Below, one piece after another: positions 37,714 through 48,194 of a stretch of 64,000 nucleotides of DNA. How positions within the stretch are numbered: the first letter of the stretch is position 1; the number at the start of each line of letters is the position of its first letter. Made by a program: the position numbers and the translations under genes. The notes beneath the pieces are model-generated. The model ran no database searches. It was not told the origin of the DNA and worked only from the letters and a program-made list of their open reading frames with translations. Source of the stretch: Candidatus Omnitrophota bacterium (GTDB taxonomy: Bacteria; Omnitrophota; Gorgyraeia; Zapsychrales; Fredricksoniimonadaceae). The stretch spans positions 71,952 to 135,951 of the forward strand of contig CAWHFJ010000013.1 in assembly GCA_963828495.1 (NCBI GenBank), given 5' to 3'.

Positions 37714-40691
37714 TTTTTGTACTTTTTGCCGGAACCGCAGGGGCAGGGATCATTACGGCCGACTTTATCAGTGCTGCGCACCGCCGCTGCTGCGTGTCGT
37801 TGAGGCAGCATGGTTTCCTGCAACGCCGCCTCTTGAGGGGTGACCGCATGGGAGGTACCCTCCGCGCCGCCTACAGCCCGTGGAGGCCGGGGGCCTTGAA
37901 ATTCCTGGTGCACCGCTTGCTGAGGGATCGTGCTAAATACCGAACGCGGGCGTATCTCTTGCGGCATGGCTTGTAATCTAAAAATCAAAGACGCTACTTC
38001 ATGATTAATCGAACCATACATGGTCTTAAACAAATAAAAGCCTTCCTTTTTATATTCTACCAGCGGGTCGCGTTGACCCAAAGCGCGCAGGCTAATACCG
38101 TCTTTGACCTGGTCCATGGTATGCAAATGCTCTTTCCATTTGGTGTCAATGACATGCAAAAGAATCATGCGCTCCATGGCGCGCATGACTTCAGCAGTCA
38201 CCTGGGTTTCTTTGGTTTCATAGGCCTGGGTTAAAATCTGGGCCAATGCGTCTTTAACCTGCTGACTGTTGAGCGTGCTCCAGTGTTCCTTCACGGGATT
38301 AATGTCCACCATAAATTTGGAAAGTATATCCACCGCCACAAGATTCAAAGCTTCTTCATGTTGCGCCAGCTCATAATGACTGTCAATAACATCATCCCCT
38401 GCCGTCAAAACCGCGTCTAAAACGACATCCCTTAAATTCTCCCCCTCGAGGATGGAACGGCGCAAACTATAAATGACTTCGCGCTGCTTGTTCATGACAT
38501 TATCATATTCCAGCAATTGCTTACGGATTTCAAAGTTATAGTTTTCGACCCGCTTTTGAGCCACCTCAAGGGCCCCTGAAACCATCCGTGATTCAATGAC
38601 CTCGCCTTCTTTCATGCCCAGCTTGTCCATGACAGTCATAATGCTTTCGGAAGCGAACAAACGCATCAGATCGTCCTGTAAGGACACATAAAATCTCGAC
38701 GAACCCGGATCTCCTTGACGGCCGCAGCGGCCTCTGAGCTGATTGTCAATGCGGCGGGACTCATGGCGTTCGGTACCGATGACGTGCAAACCGCCGACCG
38801 CAAGCACCTGCTCTCTTTCCTGGGCGACCTGGGTCCTAAATTGCGTAATAAAGGTCTTGATCATCTCTTCCCGGGCTTGATCGTCGGCGTCAACACTTTT
38901 CTCTGCCGCCAGCGTCCGTGCCAAATATTCGGCATTGCCTCCCAGCACAATGTCGGTCCCGCGACCCGCCATGTTGGTGGCAATAGTGACCCCTTTATAA
39001 CGGCCGGCCTGGGCGATGATATGCGCTTCTAATTCATGGTATTTAGCGTTAAGGACCTGGTGGGGAATACCTTTTTTCTTTAACAGACCGGAAATCAATT
39101 CCGATTTTTCGATGGAAATCGTGCCCACCAAAACTGGCTGGCCTTTTTGGTGGCAGGAGGTAATTTCATCAACAACCGCATTATATTTTTCTGGCGCGGT
39201 CTTATAAATGCAGTCCGGGTAACTTTCGCGTATCAACCGGCGGTTGGTGGGAATGACGACCGTATCCAGATTATAAATCTCTTTAAACTCATTGGCCTCG
39301 GTATAGGCGGTCCCTGTCATGCCGGCTAACTTACTGTACATACGAAAATAATTCTGAAAGGTGATGGTGGCCAACGTCTGGTTCTCGCGCTCAATCTTAA
39401 TGCTTTCCATGGCTTCCACCGCCTGATGCAAGCCGTCCGACCAGCGGCGTCCCGGCATCATGCGGCCGGTAAATTCATCGACGATGATGACTTGGGCACC
39501 CTTGACCACATAATCCACATCCCGGGTAAAAAACTCCTTGGCCCGCAATGCACAGATCACATGATGGCGATATTCATTAGTGTCGATTTCATGTAGATTC
39601 TTCACGCCGAAAAGACCGGCCGCCTTGGTCTCCCCTTCTTCCGAAAGTGAAATGGACTTATTTTTCTCATCCGCCAAATAATCATACCCCTGATATAAAT
39701 CTTCGCCTTTATGTTTGGCATCGATTTCCTGCGCTTCGGTCACGCGACGGCCCTTGAGCTGACCGGCGATTTGAAAGGCTTTATAATATTTATCCGTGCT
39801 TTCTTCCGCCGGGCCCGAAATGATAAGCGGAGTGCGCGCCTCATCCACCAGGATACTATCCACTTCGTCGACAATGGCAAAAGCATGACCGCGCTGGACC
39901 ATTTCTCCTTTAAAAGAGACCATGTTATCCCGCAAATAATCAAAACCGAACTCATTGTTGGTCCCATAGGTGATGTCACAACCATAGGCGGCCTGGCGTT
40001 CACGCGGGTTCATGTCATGCTGGATGACGCCGACGGTTAGGCCCAAAAATTCATACAGAGGCCCCATCCAATGGCGGTCCCGGTGGGCCAGATAATCGTT
40101 GACGGTGACCACATGCACCCCATCCCCGGTCAAAGCATTCAAATACGCCGGCAAAGTCGCCACCAGGGTTTTCCCTTCACCGGTAGTCATCTCGGTAATC
40201 CCGCCGCTATGCAGCACCATGCCGCCGACTAACTGCACATCGAAATGACGCATATTTAAGACCCTGCGGCCCACCTCACGCCCCACCGCAAAAGCCTCAT
40301 TGAGGATTTCATCCAAAACGCCTTGCTTGGATTCAAACAATTCTTTTTCCAAACGTTTGATTTCAACAACTAAATCTTCGCGCTCCTGCCCCGAGGATGC
40401 CTTGCGGTAATTAGATTGGATTTGTTCGTATTCGTTCTTTTTAACATTGACGGCTTGCTGGATACGGGCCTTGAATTGGTCGGTCTTGGCACGAAGTTGG
40501 TCATCGGACAAAGCTTGTATACCCGCTTCCAAGGCACAGATTTCCGACGCCCGTTTGGACAGCCTTTTGACCAAACTGATCGAAGGCAAAGGGGCCTCCG
40601 GATGAATATTGATTTGGACCGGCGGATTTAAACGGTCGATAAAGCTTTGGGCGCTTCCCACGAGCCCTTTACGTATAAAAAAGTCAAACAT
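37698..40691 (-). CDS. secA: preprotein translocase ATPase SecA
   Basis: 997-aa ORF with [43 protein letters not shown] and the C-terminal zinc finger [14 protein letters not shown]. Confidence 0.97.
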   Translation of the reverse strand: MFDFFIRKGLVGSAQSFIDRLNPPVQINIHPEAPLPSISLVKRLSKRASEICALEAGIQALSDDQLRAKTDQFKARIQQAVNVKKNEYEQIQSNYRKASSGQEREDLVVEIKRLEKELFESKQGVLDEILNEAFAVGREVGRRVLNMRHFDVQLVGGMVLHSGGITEMTTGEGKTLVATLPAYLNALTGDGVHVVTVNDYLAHRDRHWMGPLYEFLGLTVGVIQHDMNPRERQAAYGCDITYGTNNEFGFDYLRDNMVSFKGEMVQRGHAFAIVDEVDSILVDEARTPLIISGPAEESTDKYYKAFQIAGQLKGRRVTEAQEIDAKHKGEDLYQGYDYLADEKNKSISLSEEGETKAAGLFGVKNLHEIDTNEYRHHVICALRAKEFFTRDVDYVVKGAQVIIVDEFTGRMMPGRRWSDGLHQAVEAMESIKIERENQTLATITFQNYFRMYSKLAGMTGTAYTEANEFKEIYNLDTVVIPTNRRLIRESYPDCIYKTAPEKYNAVVDEITSCHQKGQPVLVGTISIEKSELISGLLKKKGIPHQVLNAKYHELEAHIIAQAGRYKGVTIATNMAGRGTDIVLGGNAEYLARTLAAEKSVDADDQAREEMIKTFITQFRTQVAQEREQVLAVGGLHVIGTERHESRRIDNQLRGRCGRQGDPGSSRFYVSLQDDLMRLFASESIMTVMDKLGMKEGEVIESRMVSGALEVAQKRVENYNFEIRKQLLEYDNVMNKQREVIYSLRRSILEGENLRDVVLDAVLTAGDDVIDSHYELAQHEEALNLVAVDILSKFMVDINPVKEHWSTLNSQQVKDALAQILTQAYETKETQVTAEVMRAMERMILLHVIDTKWKEHLHTMDQVKDGISLRALGQRDPLVEYKKEGFYLFKTMYGSINHEVASLIFRLQAMPQEIRPRSVFSTIPQQAVHQEFQGPRPPRAVGGAEGTSHAVTPQEAALQETMLPQRHAAAAVRSTDKVGRNDPCPCGSGKKYKKCCGV

Positions 40692-41818
40692 CGTCGTTCC
40701 CTCTTGTCTTAAGACGCTTGTCCCTGTCTTGGGGTCTAGTTTTTAAAAAACCTTCAATAAACGCATCAATATCTCCGTCCAGAACTTTCTGGGCATTGCC
40801 GGTCTCCACCCCTGTGCGGTGGTCCTTGACCATCAAATAAGGATGCAGCACATACGAACGGATTTGCGAACCCCACTCGATTTTCTGTTTGTCACCGGCC
40901 TCTTTGTTCATAATATCTTCCTGCTGCTGGCTTTTTAAAGCACTTAACCTGGCCCTTAACACCTTCATGGCCTGGGCTTTGTTCTGCAGTTGAGAACGTT
41001 CCTTCTGCGACTGGGCGACAATATTCGTCGGCAAATGCGTAATGCGTACCGCGGAATCCGTTGTATTGACACCCTGCCCTCCGGGACCTGAAGCGCGGTA
41101 AACATCGATGCGCAAGTCCTTAGGATCGATTTCCAGTTCGGCATCATCGTCCACCTCCGGGATCACTTCAACAGAGGCAAAAGACGTATGCCGGCGCTTG
41201 TTGGCGTCAAACGGTGAAATACGCACCAGCCGATGCACCCCTTTTTCTGATTTTAAATACCCGTAAGCCTTGTCGCCTTCGATACGCAAGGTCACATTTT
41301 TAATACCGGCCTCTTCCCCGATAAGAATATCAATTGTTTCACACTTATAACCCTTTAAATCCGCATGGCGCACATACATGCGCATCAGCATGGCGGCCCA
41401 ATCGCAGGACTCCGTGCCTCCGGCCCCGGCATTGATACCCAAAAGCGCATTGTGGCTGTCAAAAGGCCCGCTTAAATGCGCCTGCAATTCCAGGGCATCA
41501 ATTTGAGTTGTTAACACAGCGGCCTCAGAGACTAATTGCTCATTTAAATCTTCGTCATCTTCCACCAGACCCGCAAACTCTTTGGCGTCGTTGACCCGCT
41601 TCACACATTCCGCAAAAGGCTCAACGATATTCTTTAGCCCTTTAAGTTCCTGCATGATTTTATTGGCTTGTTCTTGATGGTCCCAAAATCCTTCTTGGGA
41701 CATCCGCGCTTGTATCTCGGCTATGGATTTCTCTTTGGAGGCCACATCAAAGATACCCCCTTAGGCCGGCCAGCCTGTTGGCAAGTTCATCGAATTGTTT
41801 AATTAATTGATCTGTCAT
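40684..41818 (-). CDS. prfB: peptide chain release factor 2, requires a +1 programmed frameshift
   Basis: The ATG at 41818 opens [23 protein letters not shown], then an in-frame TGA. The +1 frame continues [13 protein letters not shown]... into the 353-aa track ORF, which contains SPF ([14 protein letters not shown]) and GGQ ([10 protein letters not shown]). Confidence 0.95.
41747..41760 (-). promoter_or_regulatory. RF2 programmed +1 frameshift site AGG GGG TAT CTT TGA
   Basis: On the minus strand the sequence is AGGGGGTATCTTTGAT. This is identical to the E. coli prfB shift site, including the internal SD, except for the base after TGA. Confidence 0.9.
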
Positions 41819-41821
41819 AAA

Positions 41822-42898
41822 TTATACGCTAAACCGAAAATAGGCGCAGTCCCCATCCTGCATAATATACTCTTTCCCCTCGAGGGTGACCAGATTTTTT
41901 TCCTGCACGGCTTTATAAGAGCCCAGCCTTTTAAGGTCATCAAATTTGTAAATTTCCGCGCGGATAAATCCGCGTTCAATGTCCGAATGGATTTTTCCGG
42001 CGGCCTTGAGCGCTATCATTCCTTGCGGGATAAGCCAGGCACGGGTCTCTTGCGGCCCTGCGGTAAAAAAACAAATCAGCTTGAGCAGTTCTTTGCCCGC
42101 CTGTGCCAACTGCGCCAAACCGGGTGTCGTAATGCCCGCCGCTTCATAATACGCCGCACGCTCTTCAGAGGCAAGCTGAACAATTTCAGCTTCCAGCTTC
42201 GTGCACAAAGCGACTAACGCCGCCCCTTCCCGGGCTGCGCGCTCGCGCAAGGGTTTGAGCAGCGCTTCATCCGGTATCCCCTCATCGGTATTGGCCACGT
42301 ACAATAAAGCCTTAGCGGTCAAAAATTGAAATTCATTCACAATGTCCGGCGGGATGTCTTTCAATCGCCTCGCCGGGATCCCTTCATTGAACGCCTTCAT
42401 ACAATCATTGAGACAATTGCATTTGGCTATGGCGTCTTTGTCGCCGGACTTAGCGGTTTTAGACCACCGGTCCAACGCTTTCTGGCATTGCTGGATGTCT
42501 GCCAATAAAAGTTCCGTCGTGATGATATCAGCGGCAGCGAGAGGATCAAGTTCTGTCATCACATTGACCACATTTTCGTCTTTAAAACAACGTACCACAT
42601 GGGCTATGGCATCGACCGAACGGATATGAGAGAGAAATTTGTTGCCCAAACCCTCCCCTTGGGAGGATCCCTTAATTATTCCGGCGATGTCCACAAAACG
42701 GATACCTGAAGGTGTCGCTTTAACGGAATGCCATTCTTGGGCCAAAACATCCAACCGCTCATCAGGCAAGGGCACGATGCCGATATTAGGCTCAATCGTT
42801 GTAAAAGGGAAATTTTCTGCTGCCGCTGCGGCACCGGTCAACGCATTAAACAGCGAGGACTTACCCACATTAGGCAGGCCGACAATACCAATTTCCAT
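41822..42898 (-). CDS. ychF: redox-regulated ribosome-binding ATPase YchF
   Basis: MEIGIVGLPNVGKSSLFNALT and the C-terminal TGS-like AGKIHSDIERGFIRAE. The start is set at MEIGIVG (42898); the track ORF has a 20-aa N-terminal extension. Confidence 0.9.
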   Translation of the reverse strand: MEIGIVGLPNVGKSSLFNALTGAAAAAENFPFTTIEPNIGIVPLPDERLDVLAQEWHSVKATPSGIRFVDIAGIIKGSSQGEGLGNKFLSHIRSVDAIAHVVRCFKDENVVNVMTELDPLAAADIITTELLLADIQQCQKALDRWSKTAKSGDKDAIAKCNCLNDCMKAFNEGIPARRLKDIPPDIVNEFQFLTAKALLYVANTDEGIPDEALLKPLRERAAREGAALVALCTKLEAEIVQLASEERAAYYEAAGITTPGLAQLAQAGKELLKLICFFTAGPQETRAWLIPQGMIALKAAGKIHSDIERGFIRAEIYKFDDLKRLGSYKAVQEKNLVTLEGKEYIMQDGDCAYFRFSV

Positions 42899-43017
42899 GG
42901 TAAACCTTTCAGAAGACGATCGGGGGAGCTGTCCATAAGCCGCCCAATCATGCTCCACAAAAATTTACATAATAGTCTTAAAACTACGGCCTGTCGAGGT
43001 GTTTTTTAAAAGGCCGC

Positions 43018-43311
43018 TCATGACAAAAGCCGGCGGGCGATGTCCTCTTCAATGGCCAAAAGTTTGGACTTTTGGCCGTCCATTTTTCCGGCATAACCGC
43101 CCGGAGTCCCATCGGATTTGACCACCCGGTGGCAGGGGATGATCAAAGGATAGGGATTTTTGCGCAAGGCTTGGCCGACTGCACGCACGGCCTTAGGCCG
43201 GCCTATTTTGCGGGCGACCCACTGATAAGAACGAGTCTCTCCTAAGGGAATAGTCAATGCGGCGCGCAAAACCTGCCATTCGAAATCGGTTAATTGTTTT
43301 TTAGCTTTCAC
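43018..43311 (-). CDS. methylated-DNA-protein-cysteine methyltransferase, single-domain (MGMT/Ogt C-terminal domain)
   Basis: 97-aa ORF with IPLGETRSYQWVA and the active site IIPCHRVV. Confidence 0.8.
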   Translation of the reverse strand: MKAKKQLTDFEWQVLRAALTIPLGETRSYQWVARKIGRPKAVRAVGQALRKNPYPLIIPCHRVVKSDGTPGGYAGKMDGQKSKLLAIEEDIARRLLS

Positions 43312-43313
43312 GT

Positions 43314-43757
43314 TTAAAACCTTAGTTTTTCTTCAGCCGCTTCTGCCGGTTTCCAGAACCAACCTTTGGGGTCCCAGCATTGAGCATAAAAATATTCATT
43401 AATAAGCTTTTTATACGCTTGAGCAGCTTCTTCATATTGACCGGCATTACGGTAGGCTTCCCCTAAAATAAATAAAGCCGTCCCTACGTCGTTAAGGGCC
43501 CAATACTGAAAAATATTATCCTTGCTCCCTCCCGGGTAGTCATTAAGGCCTTCTTGCATACTGCGCGCCTGCTTGGCGTAGAGCTTAATACATTTGTTCG
43601 TGTAAAAGATGACGGCTGAAACATCCTTTTTTTGGAGTGCCTCCCATGCTTTATTCACTAAACTCGTAGAACTATAATTCTCCACGGGATATCCTTCTTG
43701 CGCATAAACTAACGCTGTGGTCATCATGATGAAACAAAACACTAACAATTTTTTCAT
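43314..43757 (-). CDS. secreted TPR-like hypothetical protein
   Basis: Signal peptide MKKLLVFCFIMMTTALVYAQ with an internal start at 43757. Helical repeat character (LGEAYRNAGQYEEAAQAYKKLI). Confidence 0.5.
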   Translation of the reverse strand: MKKLLVFCFIMMTTALVYAQEGYPVENYSSTSLVNKAWEALQKKDVSAVIFYTNKCIKLYAKQARSMQEGLNDYPGGSKDNIFQYWALNDVGTALFILGEAYRNAGQYEEAAQAYKKLINEYFYAQCWDPKGWFWKPAEAAEEKLRF

Positions 43758-43786
43758 AAAAATCTCCCGGTTATTGATCAAAAAAG

Positions 43787-44623
43787 TTATCCCAGGTTCT
43801 TTTTTATACCTTCCAAAATTTCCGGCTCAACGTGAAATCCATGCTCCATGGCCTTTTGCATATTGACCCAAGATTTATCATATGCCTTTTTACCTAAATA
43901 CGCATTCCCCAGACAAAAATAGGCTAACGCATTATTGGGGGCCATGGCGATGACCTGATTAAAATCAGCAATGGCCTTATCCCAACTTTTTTCTTGAAGA
44001 TACAGTCCTCCCCTGCGGCTATAACCAACGACGGAAGAAGGATTAATCCTAACGGCATAGTTATACGCAAGAAGAGCTTCTTCGAATTTCCCTTGGTTTT
44101 GATAGATATCTCCCTGCTGAATATACCTACTTTCCGCAGAATGGCTGAATTCTAAAGATTGACTGTAAAAAATACCTATGCCTCCCAAAGCTAATAATCC
44201 TCCTATCATTAATATTATATAGAAGTCCCCTCCTATATAACCCGGTTGAAGAACGGCCTCCTGAGGATTTTTAGGATCATAGAAAACCGTGACTTCGTGT
44301 TCGCGGCGATATTTATTCATGACCTTTAATGCATCTTGAGGGTTTGGAGAATCTGCCTCTCGAAACGACAGTCTATCTGATATGTATGGTTGGTCGCCGA
44401 CTTTATATTCATACTCAACTTGTGTCCCATACCACCTGGCCGGATCGGCTCTTGGGTCTATGAATTTAGGTAAATGATTAATAGTTAACCCCGATGAAAT
44501 CATGTGCCCTTGTGTGTGAGGCCAACTCAACGCGGCTCGACACTGTTTTAAAATAGAACCGCCCCAAAACAAAATAGCTATCCCTATCCCTGTCATCACT
44601 AATACCGAAATATTTTTTACCAT
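43787..44623 (-). CDS. DUF3592-like membrane domain fused to TPR repeats
   Basis: 278-aa ORF: TM, beta-rich region (WYGTQVEYEYKVGDQPYISDRLSF), TM, then TPR repeats (GKFEEALLAYNYAVRINP..., KSWDKAIADFNQVIAMAPNN). Confidence 0.55.
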   Translation of the reverse strand: MVKNISVLVMTGIGIAILFWGGSILKQCRAALSWPHTQGHMISSGLTINHLPKFIDPRADPARWYGTQVEYEYKVGDQPYISDRLSFREADSPNPQDALKVMNKYRREHEVTVFYDPKNPQEAVLQPGYIGGDFYIILMIGGLLALGGIGIFYSQSLEFSHSAESRYIQQGDIYQNQGKFEEALLAYNYAVRINPSSVVGYSRRGGLYLQEKSWDKAIADFNQVIAMAPNNALAYFCLGNAYLGKKAYDKSWVNMQKAMEHGFHVEPEILEGIKKNLG

Positions 44624-44641
44624 TGGGGTTAATCTCCTGTT

Positions 44642-45892
44642 TCAAGTTTTAGCTAAGAATTTTTTGGCACGCAAAAGCGTATGGTATTTTAACCCGAAGC
44701 GGTGGGCTTCATCTCTTAAGCGCATCAGAAGCCTTAAGCCCAGCGAATCTTGGGATAACTTTAGGGGCAAACGTTGTCTGTGCGTAAAAATTTCTTCTTC
44801 CCTTTTGGCCAAAGCAATGACCTCCAGCGGCAAATTTAATTTCTTTAATTCCTGCATCGCGGCGCCTAACTGACCTTTGCCTCCGTCGATAACAATCAAA
44901 TCCGGGAACCCTGCCCCTTCTTTTTGAAGACGGGTGTACCGGCGACGGACTACCTCGGCCATCATGTGAACGTCATCAATGCCTTCAACGGTCTTGATCC
45001 GAAACCTGCGGTAATTATTTTTATCCGGTTTGCCGTTGACAAAAGACACCATGGAACCGACAGCCTGCTGGCCCATGATGTTGGAAATATCAAAACATTC
45101 AATGCGGACCGGCGGACGCGCAAGGCCTATGGCCCTTTGCAACTGTTCCGCCTCTTTAAAATAATTAATGTCCCCGGTCCCTGAATACAAAGCCCCGATG
45201 GCACGAATACAATCGCGCAAGCAGCCGGCCTTTTCAAAGTTTTTACAACGGGCCGCCTCTTCCATGTCTTGGCGCAAATGACGATATAGATCATCTTTCT
45301 TACCGTCGAGAATGAGTTTTATGTTGCGGATATTGCGGACATATTCCTGCCGGCTGATTTTCCCCTCACAAGGCGCCTGGCAGAGACCCATATCATAATA
45401 AAGGCACACTTTATCGGCAAAAGGCTCACAGGAGCGAAAAGGAAAAATCTTACGGATGATTGTCAAAGCCTCGCGAATGAGTTTGGGATTCACATAGGGG
45501 CCATAAAAGTCTGCCCCCACATCTTTATATTTGCGGGTATTGATCCTCACTACCGAAACCAGGGGGAACGCCTCCCTGGTAATCCGAATAAAAGGATACG
45601 TTTTTCCGTCTTTAAGCTCGACGTTATATTTGGGCTGGTGTTGCTTAATGAGACTGGCTTCTAAAATCAGGGCCTGGGCCTCAGAGGAGGTCCCAACGGT
45701 GTCGATGTCTGCTATATGGCTGACTAAAATATCGGTCTTAAGGCTTTGCCTATGCGCGCGGAAATACGACTCCACGCGCTTGCGGATATTAACGGCCTTG
45801 CCGACATAAATGACTTGGCCCGCGGCATCTTTATACACATAAACGCCGCTGGTCGTCGGTAATCCTCTGATCTTAGCCTTAATGTCTGTCAT
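44642..45892 (-). CDS. uvrC: excinuclease ABC subunit C, short form lacking the C-terminal (HhH)2 domain
   Basis: GIY-YIG motifs (GVYVYKDAAGQVIYVGKAVNIRKRVESYF), a UVR region, an RNase-H-like endonuclease domain and ...LRDEAHRFGLKYH at the end. The start is set at the ATGA overlap with the murJ stop (45892). Confidence 0.85.
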   Translation of the reverse strand: MTDIKAKIRGLPTTSGVYVYKDAAGQVIYVGKAVNIRKRVESYFRAHRQSLKTDILVSHIADIDTVGTSSEAQALILEASLIKQHQPKYNVELKDGKTYPFIRITREAFPLVSVVRINTRKYKDVGADFYGPYVNPKLIREALTIIRKIFPFRSCEPFADKVCLYYDMGLCQAPCEGKISRQEYVRNIRNIKLILDGKKDDLYRHLRQDMEEAARCKNFEKAGCLRDCIRAIGALYSGTGDINYFKEAEQLQRAIGLARPPVRIECFDISNIMGQQAVGSMVSFVNGKPDKNNYRRFRIKTVEGIDDVHMMAEVVRRRYTRLQKEGAGFPDLIVIDGGKGQLGAAMQELKKLNLPLEVIALAKREEEIFTHRQRLPLKLSQDSLGLRLLMRLRDEAHRFGLKYHTLLRAKKFLAKT

Positions 45893-47223
45893 ATCCTTTG
45901 GCGAAGCCCCCGCCATAACAGAAAACAGTTGGCCGCGCTGGCAATGCTGCTGGCCAAAGCAATGCCGCCGACCTTCAAAGGGAACATCAAAATCCCGTTT
46001 AAAACCGCGTTAATGACTAAGCAAACCGTCGCTGTTTTGACCGGCGTTCGGGTGTCCTGCAGAGCGTAAAAAGCCGAAACTAAAATCCTCGAGGCGCCAA
46101 AAAACGGCAAGCCCAGTGCGGCATAAAACATGACCTGAGAAGTGATATTAGTTGAATACGCATCAAAAGCCCCGTGCTGAAAAACGCTATGGATAATCCA
46201 TCGCGAAAAAATGACCATGCCCACCGCCGTCGGTATCAACACCAGCATCAGATTGCGCAAAGCAAAAAACAGCGTCGATCTAAAACGGCGCATGTCCCCT
46301 TCCTGGACGAGTTTGGAAAGCGACGGTAACGTGACCGATGAAAGCGCGTAACCGAATACCCCCAGAGGAAATTGGATCAAGCGGTTGGCATAATAAATCG
46401 CGGCAATCCCCCCGGCCCCCACAATGACCGCCAGCGATGCGCAAAAAGTATCCACAAACACATTCATCTGATAAACGGCCGAGCCCCATAATCTGGGCAC
46501 CAAAAGCCTGCCGATCTTTCTGGCCCCCTCATGATTCAGGGTCACCGGCATATGCCAATAAACCCCCCGGCGGCGCAGGGCTGCCCATTGGGCCCAAAAC
46601 TGCCACACCCCTCCGACCAGCACCCCGACGGAAATCGTATACGCCAAAGGCCAGGAGAAAAAAAGAGCGACCCACACGCTTAAGATCATGGCCAGGTTCA
46701 ATAGGCATGGCCCGAAAGCCGGGGCAAAAAACGCGTTTAAAGAATATAAAATCCCGACCTGAAATGCGGTCAGGGCAATCAAAACCAGATACGGAAACAT
46801 GATGCGCGTCAAATCAACCGTCAGCCGTAGTTTAGCGGGGTCATTGATAAATCCGGGAGCGATCAAACGCACAATCCAGGGCGCCGCGAAAATGCCGATG
46901 ACGGTGATGGTCCCTAAAATAATGCTCCCCCAGGCCAAAACCGCGTTAATACATTCCTGCCACTGCTCTTTGGATTTTTTCTGGGAATACTCCAAAAGCA
47001 CCGGCACAACAGCCGCATTGGCCGCCCCTTCCCCGGCTAAATCCCTTAATAAATTAGGGATGCGCTGGGCTACAAAAAACGCTTCTGCCAAAAAACCTGT
47101 ACCTAAAAAACGCGCCAGGATCACATCCCGCACAAATCCCAACACACGCGAAGCTAATACGCCGCACGCCACAACGCTGCCAGATTTCAAAAGATGGTCG
47201 GTATGAGATTTATCAGTTGACAT
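45889..47223 (-). CDS. murJ: lipid II flippase MurJ (MviN family)
   Basis: 444-aa polytopic ORF with ASRVLGFVRDVILARFLGTG, FFVAQRIPNLLRDLAGEGA and YALQDTRTPV. Confidence 0.85.
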   Translation of the reverse strand: MSTDKSHTDHLLKSGSVVACGVLASRVLGFVRDVILARFLGTGFLAEAFFVAQRIPNLLRDLAGEGAANAAVVPVLLEYSQKKSKEQWQECINAVLAWGSIILGTITVIGIFAAPWIVRLIAPGFINDPAKLRLTVDLTRIMFPYLVLIALTAFQVGILYSLNAFFAPAFGPCLLNLAMILSVWVALFFSWPLAYTISVGVLVGGVWQFWAQWAALRRRGVYWHMPVTLNHEGARKIGRLLVPRLWGSAVYQMNVFVDTFCASLAVIVGAGGIAAIYYANRLIQFPLGVFGYALSSVTLPSLSKLVQEGDMRRFRSTLFFALRNLMLVLIPTAVGMVIFSRWIIHSVFQHGAFDAYSTNITSQVMFYAALGLPFFGASRILVSAFYALQDTRTPVKTATVCLVINAVLNGILMFPLKVGGIALASSIASAANCFLLWRGLRQRI

Positions 47224-47285
47224 ATAGGAAGGGCCTTGCTATCATTGCTTCTTCAATAGGACGATTAAAAAGGAGAATTACACTC

Positions 47286-47555
47286 ATGCCACAACGCCGT
47301 ACTGCTATTAAAGATTTGCGTAAAACTCAAACCAGACATCTGCATAATCTGCAGATTAAGACTGATCTGAAAAAAACAGTCAAAAATTTCCTTGCCTCCG
47401 CCACAGCCAAAAAAGAAGATGCTCAAGAGCTGCTCAAAAAAATTTACAAGAAATTCGACAAAGCGGCCAACCGCCATGTCCTGCATAAAAAAACAGCTGC
47501 CCGACGAAAGTCTCGCTTCGCACGCACGTTAGGTGCCCTTGCGACGTCGAAGTAA
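47286..47555 (+). CDS. rpsT: 30S ribosomal protein S20
   Basis: MPQRRTAIKDLRKTQTRHLHNLQIKTDLKKTVK...VLHKKTAARRKSR. AAGGAG lies 10 nt upstream of the ATG at 47286. The track ORF starts 23 codons earlier. Confidence 0.9.
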   Translation: MPQRRTAIKDLRKTQTRHLHNLQIKTDLKKTVKNFLASATAKKEDAQELLKKIYKKFDKAANRHVLHKKTAARRKSRFARTLGALATSK

Positions 47556-48191
47556 ACCTAATTCCACAACTAATTTTTCAACCGCCCATTGAGGGTCAAG
47601 ACGGCTGCGTTTGATATTCAAATCCGCCTCTTGCAAAGCTTGAAGCCCTCGCTTGAAAATTTCTGAACCGCAAAGCCTGCCTTCTTTGCTCCAATACCAC
47701 ACCAACGCAGGCATGATCTGCAAAGGATGCACATTATCGTTAAAAAAAAGGTTCAGCATCTTCAATGCCTCAGCGCCCCTCCCGGCAGTGATCAACTGGG
47801 TCATATCAAAAACATTGGGACCTTCAGGCTTGGCAAACACCACTGTCTTGGTATAAAGAACCAAATCTTTTAGGTCGCCTTTGAACGTCTTTTCTGCCGA
47901 TTCTAAAATCACATCGCAATATTTCGCCGGCTTCTGGCAAAAATTAAGCAGGACCTGAATATCGGCGGATTTTAATTTGTGTACCTGGCGTAGGACGATC
48001 AGGCGTACGGGAATCACAACCGGCAGGGTCAAGAAGGATTTTTGTAGCGCGTCATCAGGAAGTTTATTGGCATCCAGATTATCGAAATCAAAGCTCAACG
48101 CTTCCTGGGAATTTTTAAAAAATTGACTTTTGATTTCGATGATTCTGGCATCTTTGGCGGCCAGGTCATCACCTAGAAACAGATAAATCAT
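47529..48191 (-). CDS. holA: DNA polymerase III delta subunit, compact form
   Basis: 220-aa ORF with MIYLFLGDDLAAKDARIIEIK, a typical HolA N-terminus. It holds the lptE-holA position as in Proteobacteria, but is shorter than the canonical ~330 aa. Confidence 0.6.
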   Translation of the reverse strand: MIYLFLGDDLAAKDARIIEIKSQFFKNSQEALSFDFDNLDANKLPDDALQKSFLTLPVVIPVRLIVLRQVHKLKSADIQVLLNFCQKPAKYCDVILESAEKTFKGDLKDLVLYTKTVVFAKPEGPNVFDMTQLITAGRGAEALKMLNLFFNDNVHPLQIMPALVWYWSKEGRLCGSEIFKRGLQALQEADLNIKRSRLDPQWAVEKLVVELGLLRRRKGT

Positions 48192-48194
48192 AGC

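Noticed and set aside
41822-42958. N-terminal extensions in the ORF track (ychF, rpsT, the tRNA-binding protein, acyltransferase-3, GT genes, paralog 3)
   Set aside because: Internal Met codons give family-typical N-termini, better SD spacing, or ATGA/TGATG coupling overlaps with upstream stops. The extensions are not evidence of novel domains.
47529-47555. 27-nt convergent overlap of the rpsT and holA 3' ends as a regulatory antisense arrangement
   Set aside because: Short convergent overlaps are common in compact genomes, and no supporting structure or motif was seen.
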